Virus record (IMG/VR): IMGVR_UViG_3300011417_000024
Span: 1-26,762 of that record
Direction: 5' to 3' (one strand)
Origin: a virus
Lineage: Duplodnaviria > Caudoviricetes
DNA length: 26,762 nt
The notes under the pieces were generated by a model, which was not told the DNA's origin, searched no databases, and saw only the letters and a program-made list of their open reading frames with translations. Positions within the stretch are counted from its first letter, which is position 1, and every line of letters starts with the position of its first letter. Positions 6,374 through 14,502 of this stretch are shown in pieces. The translations under genes and the position numbers were made by a program.

Positions 6374-7462
6374 ATGATTCCTACTATTTATGTCTCAAAG
6401 CAGTTGCATTACCAGGATGGCCACTCTGATAAAGTTTACAATGTAACTATTGAAGAAGTTCAGCCAGCTTTATATGTAGTGAATTTTGCTTATGGCAGAC
6501 GCGGATCTACACTTCAAACTGGTACTAAAACCAGTAAGCCTACAGGTATTCTTGAAGCTGAAAAAATTGCCCGCAAGCTGATCACTGAAAAATTAAACAA
6601 AGGTTATGTTGATGTGAGTGCTGGTCAAGGGCAAGTTAACATTGTTACTGTGCCTAAAGCTAAAGCTAAGGCTGCTGTTTTCCCCATGTTACTTATTCCT
6701 ATTGATGAAGACGAAGTAGAACAGTATTTGGAAGATGATAACTGGATCATGCAAGAGAAAATTGATGGTGAGCGCAGAATGATTGAAACTGCTTATGGTA
6801 TGAGCAGGGGCTTAAACCGTAAAGGCCAGGAAGTAGCTTTACCTGCAACTATTGAACAAGCCATCAATAAAATCAGTCTTAAGAAATTAGGTATGATCTT
6901 CGATGGTGAGCAGATTGGTGATGACTATCATGTTTTTGATTTACTAGGTGAATCTACCAGCAATGCGCTGGCTTTTAAGAAACGCCATGAGGTGTTGCTA
7001 GAGTTAATAAACAAATACAACACAAGCCCTCACATTCATTTAGTAAAAGCTGCTCAGGGATTTGCTGCTAAATCAAAGCTTTATGAAAAGCTTAAAGCTG
7101 ACAACAAAGAAGGCGTAGTATTCAAACACCAAGCTGGATTGTATACACCAGGAAGAACACAAGATGCAGTGAAATACAAGTTTTACGAGACTGCCAGCTT
7201 TGTAGTATCTGCTCTCAATGCACAGCGCTCAGTTCAGATTGCTGTTATGGCTGGTGATGCTTGTCTTCCGGTAGGCAATGTAACCATACCCGTGAATCAT
7301 GCAATACCTAAAATAGGTGCAGTAGTTGAAGTCAGATATTTATATGCTTATGCAGAAGGCTCGGTGTATCAACCAGTTTATCTTGGGGAGCGTAGTGACA
7401 TCAGCCCCAGTGATTGTTCCATGTCACAGCTCAAGTATAAACCAAACATTTCTTTAATTTAA
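6374..7462 (+). CDS. WGR-domain ATP-dependent DNA ligase
   Basis: N-terminal SDKVY...VNFAYGRRG...EKLNKGY (WGR domain). Nucleotidyltransferase motifs EKIDGER, FDGE, FDLL, EGVVFK, VKYK. C-terminal OB fold VEVRYLY...YQPVYLGERSD. Confidence 0.9.
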   Translation: MIPTIYVSKQLHYQDGHSDKVYNVTIEEVQPALYVVNFAYGRRGSTLQTGTKTSKPTGILEAEKIARKLITEKLNKGYVDVSAGQGQVNIVTVPKAKAKAAVFPMLLIPIDEDEVEQYLEDDNWIMQEKIDGERRMIETAYGMSRGLNRKGQEVALPATIEQAINKISLKKLGMIFDGEQIGDDYHVFDLLGESTSNALAFKKRHEVLLELINKYNTSPHIHLVKAAQGFAAKSKLYEKLKADNKEGVVFKHQAGLYTPGRTQDAVKYKFYETASFVVSALNAQRSVQIAVMAGDACLPVGNVTIPVNHAIPKIGAVVEVRYLYAYAEGSVYQPVYLGERSDISPSDCSMSQLKYKPNISLI

Positions 7463-7488
7463 TTTCTAAACTCAAAACAACAACTACA

Positions 7489-7653
7489 ATGAAAGGTATT
7501 GTTCAATTAATTGTTTTTATTATCTGTGGTGCAGTAGGAATCTATTTCCTTGCCATGAATTTCAAAATTATCATGGCCATCATAGGTGTTGTCCTGTTTA
7601 TTGGTGCTGTAGTCAGCTTTATGGGAGATAATCCCGACAAAAAATCACGTTAA
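7489..7653 (+). CDS. Small membrane protein (54 aa, not in ORF track)
   Basis: MKGIVQLIVFIICGAVGIYFLAMNFKIIMAIIGVVLFIGAVVSFMGDNPDKKSR; leader CAACAACTACAATG; TAATG coupling to the next gene. Confidence 0.75.
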   Translation: MKGIVQLIVFIICGAVGIYFLAMNFKIIMAIIGVVLFIGAVVSFMGDNPDKKSR

Positions 7654-7910
7654 TGATAACACCAAGAAAGATTATAGGCTACGCAAAAGAAGTCGTAGCC
7701 TATACACCAAAAATCAGATTATATGTTTGGTTTTTACTTTTGCTTCTTGTTGTTACGCCTACAGCAGTAGCACTTAGCTATGAAGTTGGAGATTCTGTGC
7801 GGATTCCTGGCTTTTGTGTAATGCTGCTATTACTTATCGGTGCCGTACTTGATTTATTCAGGGATTTTCCAGATACTTTTAAAGAAAACTTTAACCGCAA
7901 AAAAGATTAA
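7653..7910 (+). CDS. Small membrane protein (2 TM)
   Basis: Two hydrophobic segments. Confidence 0.75.
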   Translation: MITPRKIIGYAKEVVAYTPKIRLYVWFLLLLLVVTPTAVALSYEVGDSVRIPGFCVMLLLLIGAVLDLFRDFPDTFKENFNRKKD

Positions 7911-7919
7911 ACAACTACT

Positions 7920-8183
7920 ATGGGACAGTACATTAACAGAACCAGTACAGGTGTGCCATTGCCTGCTAAAGGTAAAGCTCAGCTCTTAATTGAAGATGGT
8001 GCCAGGATCACACACCCTGAATTCCAACCTAATTTGATTTGTGTGGTAGAAAATCCAGTATTAGGATTTGATGCAGCTTTGTATTGTGAAACAGAAGCTG
8101 ATTTTATCAGAACTACACATAAAGCTGATACGCGAAAGAAAATCTATTTAGTTCACCCTAACCTGCAACCTTTGCAAATGTAA
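7920..8183 (+). CDS. Hypothetical protein
   Basis: 87 aa; leader AACAACTACTATG. Confidence 0.8.
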   Translation: MGQYINRTSTGVPLPAKGKAQLLIEDGARITHPEFQPNLICVVENPVLGFDAALYCETEADFIRTTHKADTRKKIYLVHPNLQPLQM

Positions 8184-8184
8184 A

Positions 8185-8781
8185 ATGAGACAACTTTTTA
8201 AAATATTTCTGGTAATAATAGTTACTACCGGGAGCAGTTACAGCCAGGATGCAAATGGGGATCCTGTGCAGCCTCATCATGTTTACGGTAAAGGTATACA
8301 ACAGCCTTATGGGCAAGGTCCTTTAGCTGCTTGTACAGTACAGTGGGAACCTATGGATACTACGTTTACCCTTACCATTTTTACTGATCCTGATTTATTA
8401 GAAATAACCAGTATAAAGTATTTTGGAGGGCATACGCGTGCAGCAGAAACTATTAAGGTTGATGCTAAAGCAGATATCAGAATTGCTACTACGTATACAC
8501 ATGCCATATACCTTAAAACAATATTTGGTGTTACCAGTATACTTTTTATACGTGATCCTGCTACAGGTAAAGGCGTAGTATTAGGAAATGGCAGGGTGTT
8601 TTTTCTATTAGACACTGCTACATCTTTTGTACACACAGATCCTGCAACAACAGGTATAGATATGGATGCATATCGTCATATTAAATGGCAATGGCATCCT
8701 ATTTATGATCTATGGGTGAGCCGGCAGCAAAAAGCCAAGACTGCTTTTATTGATATCAAAAAAGAAAACCTGGTATACTAA
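8185..8781 (+). CDS. Hypothetical protein with probable signal peptide
   Basis: MRQLFKIFLVIIVTTGSSYS-Q resembles a Bacteroidota signal peptide with Gln at +1. Confidence 0.7.
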   Translation: MRQLFKIFLVIIVTTGSSYSQDANGDPVQPHHVYGKGIQQPYGQGPLAACTVQWEPMDTTFTLTIFTDPDLLEITSIKYFGGHTRAAETIKVDAKADIRIATTYTHAIYLKTIFGVTSILFIRDPATGKGVVLGNGRVFFLLDTATSFVHTDPATTGIDMDAYRHIKWQWHPIYDLWVSRQQKAKTAFIDIKKENLVY

Positions 8782-9041
8782 TGAAAGCAAAAGAAGAAAA
8801 AGAGTTTAAAACTTTTAATCATGGCAAGGATATTATCAGACTTACTTCAATGCCAGGTAAAAAGATAGTAGAAGGTATGCCCACAGAACTGCATTTTAAA
8901 GAAGATGGGGCTTTGAACAACACACCTAGTTTTGCCATAATCATTCAAGATGTTAATGGTAATAAAGTTGTGGGGCAGATCAGTTTGCAAATGCTGAATG
9001 AAGGCTTAAATGAATTGGGGTATAAAATTATTCCGGTATAA
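8781..9041 (+). CDS. Hypothetical protein
   Basis: 86 aa with TAATG coupling. Confidence 0.75.
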   Translation: MKAKEEKEFKTFNHGKDIIRLTSMPGKKIVEGMPTELHFKEDGALNNTPSFAIIIQDVNGNKVVGQISLQMLNEGLNELGYKIIPV

Positions 9042-9043
9042 GT

Positions 9044-9310
9044 ATGAAAGATTTTATGCACACCATAGAAGGTATATCCGTTACCAAGTATCATATAGGC
9101 ACTGTATTTGTCCACAATGATCCTGCTACAGGTAAGACCAGGTTGTGCAAGCTTACTGGTTTACATGAACTGTTAAGTAATGCTGTTTTGGTTGAGTATT
9201 ATAATCCTACAGCTGGAAAAGGCATGTGGCATCAACCAACAGCAGTAAAATGCAGTGAATTACATTGGTATAGAAAACCCAATTTTACAGCAGCAGATCT
9301 ACTTAAATGA
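9044..9310 (+). CDS. Hypothetical protein
   Basis: 88 aa in operon context. Confidence 0.7.
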   Translation: MKDFMHTIEGISVTKYHIGTVFVHNDPATGKTRLCKLTGLHELLSNAVLVEYYNPTAGKGMWHQPTAVKCSELHWYRKPNFTAADLLK

Positions 9311-9774
9311 AAGCACAAAAAACACTGTCTCGCCTCAGGTTGCAGGAAAAACTGGATCGCATTAAGATAGCTAAAGCTAATCTTATGCCTCATCCTATAT
9401 ATCCTGGATTAGAACATGCAAAATTGTCCAAAGCACAGTTTAAACTGGTGCACATTGTCAACAACTTTTATTTCAGAATGTATGCTACTAATGCCAAAGT
9501 AGAAGTATGTAAGGGTGTGATACATCCTACTCGATTTAGTGTAATTACACAATTGGTTTGGTTTTGTAAAGACAGGCCTGAAGCGTATAAGAAAATTCAG
9601 GAACAACTTGATATGTTGTTAAAGCAAGGTTATACTTGGGAAAAAAATTTGATCACGCCTGAAGAAATACATGATACAGAACAGTTTCAAGTTATGCTTA
9701 ACAACAGACAAACTGTTAATTTTGAGCAAAGCGATGAAAAGTACAAAAGTTTTGAAAAACAATTAAAATATTAA
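9307..9774 (+). CDS. Hypothetical protein
   Basis: 155 aa with ATGA coupling. Confidence 0.75.
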   Translation: MKAQKTLSRLRLQEKLDRIKIAKANLMPHPIYPGLEHAKLSKAQFKLVHIVNNFYFRMYATNAKVEVCKGVIHPTRFSVITQLVWFCKDRPEAYKKIQEQLDMLLKQGYTWEKNLITPEEIHDTEQFQVMLNNRQTVNFEQSDEKYKSFEKQLKY

Positions 9775-9822
9775 GTATTGCTGCAAGGTTTTTGAGAGGT
9801 CTTTAGCCTTGCGCAATGTTTA
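9772..9822 (+). other. Long hairpin upstream of the tRNA-like cluster
   Basis: TAAGTATTGC/GCAATGTTTA and GCAAGGTT/AGCCTTGC; no U tract. Confidence 0.65.
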
Positions 9823-9896
9823 GTACCTGAATGCAATAAGCATAATAGCCAAAGCCTTATTCCATCTCCTGTCCAGTGGTTCAAGCTGGGCTACCA

Positions 9897-10006
9897 GCCC
9901 CTGTGGTGAAATTGGCAAACACAGGTAAAATAGCGGAATGCATGCGCATCTCTTCTACATTTATCCGTCTGAAAATGACATACAGGTTCGACTCCTGTTG
10001 GGGGCT
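9897..10006 (+). ncRNA. tRNA-Leu-like RNA with a 32-nt anticodon loop (25 extra nt)
   Basis: Acceptor GCCCCTG/TGGGGGC, Leu-type D arm GTG-AAATTGGCAAA-CAC, stem GGTAA/TTATC, variable arm GTC/GAC, T arm ACAGG-TTCGACT-CCTGT. Confidence 0.75.
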
Positions 10007-10018
10007 CAAGTTTTATTT

Positions 10019-10128
10019 AGAGGGGTGAAGACAGATGTACAGTAAGGTGGTATTTCCGTAGTTGTTGGTGCTACAAACCTGTGCATTTTTGGGTTTTCTA
10101 CGTGGAGGTTCGAATCCTCCTCCCTCTG
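10019..10128 (+). ncRNA. tRNA-like RNA (acceptor stem plus T arm) carrying one long hairpin in place of the D and anticodon arms
   Basis: AGAGGGG/TCCCTCT, GGAGG-TTCGAAT-CCTCC, inner GAAGAC/GTTTTC, AGATGTACAG/CTGTGCATTT, GTGGTATT/GGTGCTAC, loop TCCGTAGTTGTT. Confidence 0.75.
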
Positions 10129-10156
10129 CTATTTTTCACTGTATAATCTAACTAAC

Positions 10157-10429
10157 ATGCTTAAATCAATCCGAAAATTTATTGTTAAAGCCTGGCATTG
10201 GCTATTATGTCACATAATAGGCTATCATGAACTTGTTACCCCGTTTCTTGAAAGGGGTAGTATAGATCCTGAAGTTATAGCTCTTGTTACTAATCCCAAT
10301 CTTACTGCAGAAGAATTTCTTGAAATTGCTGTAAGAGATAGTAAGGTATATTGCAAGCATTGCAGAAGATACTTTACTCCTGGTAGAGGGTATTCAAAGC
10401 TTACTCATCCTAGAGAACTTAAAGATTAA
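10157..10429 (+). CDS. Hypothetical protein with C/H metal-binding motif
   Basis: LLCHIIGYH...YCKHC. Confidence 0.75.
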   Translation: MLKSIRKFIVKAWHWLLCHIIGYHELVTPFLERGSIDPEVIALVTNPNLTAEEFLEIAVRDSKVYCKHCRRYFTPGRGYSKLTHPRELKD

Positions 10430-10432
10430 CTT

Positions 10433-10726
10433 ATGGGTATAGCTAGACTTAAAGCTTTAACTGAAAGCGAAAAAGATGAGCTTGTGCTCATGGTATTACA
10501 GCAACTCACGTATCAGGCCAAAGAAACTTTCATGAAAAACGAAGTGATAAATCTAGGCATGATCATAAAGCTTATTGAGCTTAGTATAGCAACATTAGCT
10601 GAAGCTCCTGGTGAACAAACCAGCATTAAGCTTGAAATTGATAGCTTGAAGCTAGATGTAAAAATTAAAGCCAGATCAGGTACAGATCAAATTGAACTCG
10701 ACATGTTAAATAATCAACAACTATAA
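10433..10726 (+). CDS. Hypothetical protein
   Basis: 97 aa ORF. Confidence 0.75.
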   Translation: MGIARLKALTESEKDELVLMVLQQLTYQAKETFMKNEVINLGMIIKLIELSIATLAEAPGEQTSIKLEIDSLKLDVKIKARSGTDQIELDMLNNQQL

Positions 10727-10737
10727 AACTTACAGCT

Positions 10738-11490
10738 ATGAAACAACATAAAGTAATGTCCATTGATTTTAAGCACAGCAATCCAGGTGTAGTTTTTGCA
10801 TCTGAAGAGGAATTTAAACAAGATTGCATAGCCAGCTTACAAGATCTTCTTAAGCGCAGAATAGAATTTATGGGAGATGTGGAGATTACAGAAGAAAATC
10901 TGCCTCCATTGCCAATGTTTGTTAATGTTTATTTTGAAAATGGTAGTTATGCTGCTACGTTGCTCCATCCTGAAAGCGATACAGACAAGCAGTATTTACT
11001 TACTGGTGTGAAGAAGATGCTGGCTAAGTACAATGCAGCCAAGAAAATCAAAAGTGTATTACTTATGATGGAAGCCTGGGTAGGAGAAATAGATACAAAA
11101 GCAAGAAAGAAAGAGGATCCTTTTACCAAAGAAATGTCAGAGGAACAGATGCAACGCAGAATAAGCCGTGAATGGAAAGAGAACAAGATCAAAAAAGTTA
11201 CCCGGATAGTTTGTGAATATCAAACTCCGGTGATGATTGATAATAAACGGCACACACAAGTATCTACTTCAGTGTATAAATTATTCGAACATAAGATTTT
11301 AATACCTGATGAAGAACTTACCAAAAAGATGAGTTATAACACAAACTCTAAAGATCATAACCGAAAGCCCTGGTTTAGTATGTTCACTGAATTTGCAGCA
11401 GATGATGCTGTTGCTGATAAAGATGTATTAAATTTTAATGTTTTTACAGCAGTAACATTTCTCAAAAAGCTGAACAAGCTGATGCAATAA
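10738..11490 (+). CDS. Hypothetical protein
   Basis: 250 aa ORF with an EAW motif. Confidence 0.8.
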   Translation: MKQHKVMSIDFKHSNPGVVFASEEEFKQDCIASLQDLLKRRIEFMGDVEITEENLPPLPMFVNVYFENGSYAATLLHPESDTDKQYLLTGVKKMLAKYNAAKKIKSVLLMMEAWVGEIDTKARKKEDPFTKEMSEEQMQRRISREWKENKIKKVTRIVCEYQTPVMIDNKRHTQVSTSVYKLFEHKILIPDEELTKKMSYNTNSKDHNRKPWFSMFTEFAADDAVADKDVLNFNVFTAVTFLKKLNKLMQ

Positions 11491-11509
11491 TAATCTTAAA
11501 CTTACAACT

Positions 11510-13708
11510 ATGCTTAGAAGAGTTCTTATTACCAGAAATACAGCTTATCTGGGCATGGTTGATGAGTTTAACTTATTAAACAGGCCTAATGAAAGTTTTC
11601 ACGTTGTTACTACTGATGAGCAGATCAACAAGATCAAGCAATTTATTAAAGACCTCGAGCCTGTAATAGGCTTAGACATTGAAACTCCCTGTACAGATCC
11701 TTATTGTGGTGAGATACTGCTTACTACACTCAGCACTCCTGAGATGGTAGTCACTTTTGATCATTTTACCATTACGCCGGAAGAAATGCTGCAAGGCCTG
11801 GATCTTGAGCATAAGCTTATTATAGCACACAATGCCAAGTTTGAAGTCAGCTGGTTTTTAAAACACAAACAGGAATTTCCTAATGTGCACTGCACTATGC
11901 TCGCAGAGCAAAAGCTTTATCAAGGCTGTGAAGATCTGCGGCATAATATCATAGAAGTGTTAACCCGAAGAGGTTTTGCTATTCCTGAAGACATGAACAA
12001 AGATGTCAGGGAGGATTTTGTACAGCCTTGGTATAAGCAACATACTTTGGTGCACGTACTGTATAACCAATCTGATACGTTGTTATTGCATCAGCTCAAG
12101 TTGTTGCAAGACACATTGATAGAAGATCTGGGTTTAACATTTCATATAAAACAAATTCATTTTCCCTTAATTAAAGTCTTGGCTAAAGCTGAGCTTGAGG
12201 GCGTAGTTATTAACGAGCCCGAGCTTATAAGATTAGCCCGGGAAGCTGCAGCTAAAATGCAGGTGTTAGAACAGGACATGAATGCTTGGTTAAACTTGCA
12301 ATATCCTACTGTGGATCTGATTAGTTTAAACAAGCCCCTGGTTACAGATCTGGCCAAAGTCAGGACCCGCTTAATCCGGACTGAAGGCAGAGCTATTAAA
12401 ACAGAAGGCTTGATTCTCCGGTATGAAACCCAGAGTAAACAGCATCTGAAAGCTTATCAGGTAGCTGTAAAAAGTAACAGTGCAGCTGCTACAGCCTATC
12501 AGGCTGCTGTAGTGCTGTTAAAAGAGCTGGAAAAGCAAGTAAGCATCTCCTGGAGTAGCTCTGCACAGGTGCTGGTCTTATTAAATACCCTGGGCTGCCA
12601 TCCATTGCCTCAGGCAAAGGATAGGAAGACAGGTAAGTTCAAGCCCAGCTTAGGAAAAGCTGCCCGGGAACGCTGGCTATTGAAGCGTAAGGACCATGTT
12701 TTATACCCCTTAATGGTCCAGTATGATCAGTACATGAAGCTTAGTAAGCATGTGAACAGTTTTGGAGAGAGTTTCCTGACCAAGTACAAACACCCAATTA
12801 CCGGTAGATATCACACCAGCTATAAGCAGGGGCGGGTAGCTACTGGCAGGCTTGCTTCAGGAGATGCCAAAGGACATCCTGCTAAGTTTAATTCCCAGCA
12901 AATTATAGGTATTGCAGCTGTAAGAGCCTGCTTTGGCACTACTCCCGGTGATAATATCGCTACAGTAGATTTATCTGGTGCTGAGTTGATTACCATGTGT
13001 AGTTTAGCTAATGACTTGAACTTGCTTAAGCTTTCTACCGGGGATATGCATAGTTATTTTGCTAACCTGGGCTGGAAAGCTATTTATAAGCATAGAAAGC
13101 AGCCATGGACCTCTGCAGATGAGATCAGCAAGAAGCAACATCCTGAGAAGCGCAAGGAATACAAGCCTATGTTATTTGGTACTGTGTATGGTTTGAAACC
13201 AGCTAAAGCTGGGGAGACATTAAACATTCCCGAGCATGAAGGTGGCATTGCTCTGAATACAATCATTGCAGAAATACCGGATACTATCAAAATGGTAAAA
13301 GAAGCTGTGAGATTTAGTTTGCAAAACGGATATGTTATACATAATAACAGAACCAGATCCCGGAGATGGTTTCCTCAGGTGTTTAAAGCCCGTGATGAAA
13401 AACGTGAGCTTACTTTTTTAGAGCGCATGGAAGTAGAAGGTGGTGCACGCAACACCAGAATCCAGGGGACTCAAGCTGATATGTTATGTGAAAGCATGGT
13501 ATTTCTTCAACGTTACATAGACCTGTATAAAATTCCTGCAGTGTTATTAATGCAAGTTCATGATGAGCTGGTAGTAAAATACAAGAAAGATCTTACCTGG
13601 TTTCCTGCAAGAGTATCCGAGATCATGACCAGAACTGCTAACAAATACCTGAGGCCTGGTATTGTAATGAAAGCAGACATGAAGTTTGGGCCGTATTGGG
13701 ATAAATAA
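11510..13708 (+). CDS. polA: Family A DNA polymerase with 3'-5' exonuclease
   Basis: Exonuclease motifs DIET, HNAKFE and YNQSD; TGRLAS; motif A DLSGAEL; motif B RKEYKPMLFGTVYG (Phe at the E. coli 762-equivalent position); NTRIQGTQAD; motif C VHDEL. Confidence 0.97.
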   Translation: MLRRVLITRNTAYLGMVDEFNLLNRPNESFHVVTTDEQINKIKQFIKDLEPVIGLDIETPCTDPYCGEILLTTLSTPEMVVTFDHFTITPEEMLQGLDLEHKLIIAHNAKFEVSWFLKHKQEFPNVHCTMLAEQKLYQGCEDLRHNIIEVLTRRGFAIPEDMNKDVREDFVQPWYKQHTLVHVLYNQSDTLLLHQLKLLQDTLIEDLGLTFHIKQIHFPLIKVLAKAELEGVVINEPELIRLAREAAAKMQVLEQDMNAWLNLQYPTVDLISLNKPLVTDLAKVRTRLIRTEGRAIKTEGLILRYETQSKQHLKAYQVAVKSNSAAATAYQAAVVLLKELEKQVSISWSSSAQVLVLLNTLGCHPLPQAKDRKTGKFKPSLGKAARERWLLKRKDHVLYPLMVQYDQYMKLSKHVNSFGESFLTKYKHPITGRYHTSYKQGRVATGRLASGDAKGHPAKFNSQQIIGIAAVRACFGTTPGDNIATVDLSGAELITMCSLANDLNLLKLSTGDMHSYFANLGWKAIYKHRKQPWTSADEISKKQHPEKRKEYKPMLFGTVYGLKPAKAGETLNIPEHEGGIALNTIIAEIPDTIKMVKEAVRFSLQNGYVIHNNRTRSRRWFPQVFKARDEKRELTFLERMEVEGGARNTRIQGTQADMLCESMVFLQRYIDLYKIPAVLLMQVHDELVVKYKKDLTWFPARVSEIMTRTANKYLRPGIVMKADMKFGPYWDK

Positions 13709-13730
13709 AAATTAAAACAACTAGCTAACA

Positions 13731-14498
13731 ATGTCAACAACAAATCAACCTATTGCAGTTAAAGATAAAATCTATGCTGTTCTTGAAAACGCTAATGGCG
13801 CCACTCAGTTTATCAGAGCACATGCCTCTATGGCAATGCATGTTGAAAACTGGGCGTTGCAGTTAATGCCTGTCAGGCTCGAGCTTGCTGCATTTTTGCA
13901 AGGCCGGGGAAGAGATATTAATAATTTCAATGATGTGGTGCAATATGGCAGTTTATTTCTAACTGCTTCTGAAGATTTTCTTCGGGGTGAGCATATCAAA
14001 CAAGATGTATCATTAACAGAAGCAGAGAAAAAAGAGCTTCGGGAAGAGCTTCAAGATGCATTTAGTGACGATAAAATGAAAGATCAGCTGATGACTAAAG
14101 CTGCAGCTATTGGCTGGGTGTTATATGATATTTTAACCCCGCATATTGATCAAGTCAAAGTAGAAGCTATCATCCAAAAAAAGCTTGCTGGTATCCGGCT
14201 TAATCTCGTGAGCAAGTTTGCTTCAGATCAAATCCAGGAAGTTACTATACAATTAAAAAAAGGCCTGGCAATTTCAGAGAACCTGGAAGAAAATGGCTTA
14301 ACTGTTAATACAGATGAAACAGTAAGTTGCAGTACTGCTGAAGTAAAACAGTTCTGGGATAAGCTACAGGATCCTACAAATGAATTTCATGAACACAAAG
14401 ATGTAGACAGCAATGAAGCCATGGATGAAGAATTAAAAAATCTTAACACCAGCATTGCTAAAATGGTTTTAGAATGTCATAACATAGTCAAAATGTAA
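13731..14498 (+). CDS. Hypothetical acidic protein
   Basis: 255 aa ORF between polA and the helicase. Confidence 0.8.
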   Translation: MSTTNQPIAVKDKIYAVLENANGATQFIRAHASMAMHVENWALQLMPVRLELAAFLQGRGRDINNFNDVVQYGSLFLTASEDFLRGEHIKQDVSLTEAEKKELREELQDAFSDDKMKDQLMTKAAAIGWVLYDILTPHIDQVKVEAIIQKKLAGIRLNLVSKFASDQIQEVTIQLKKGLAISENLEENGLTVNTDETVSCSTAEVKQFWDKLQDPTNEFHEHKDVDSNEAMDEELKNLNTSIAKMVLECHNIVKM

Positions 14499-14502
14499 AA
14501 TT

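Noticed and set aside
9846-9896. Additional tRNA ending in ACCA before the Leu-like element
   Set aside because: It has a CCAGT-GGTTCAA-GCTGG hairpin and ACCA but only a 4-5 bp acceptor and no D or anticodon arm; at most a remnant
9953-9959. TTCTACA read as an amber-suppressor (CUA) anticodon loop
   Set aside because: It needs removal of an upstream insert at a non-standard position, has C at position 37, and the genome shows no TAG read-through
10019-10128. tmRNA or Y RNA
   Set aside because: Only 110 nt with no tag ORF, and no G3-U70 alanine identity pair. It is not circularly permuted like YrlA, and no Ro/Rsr gene is in the window.
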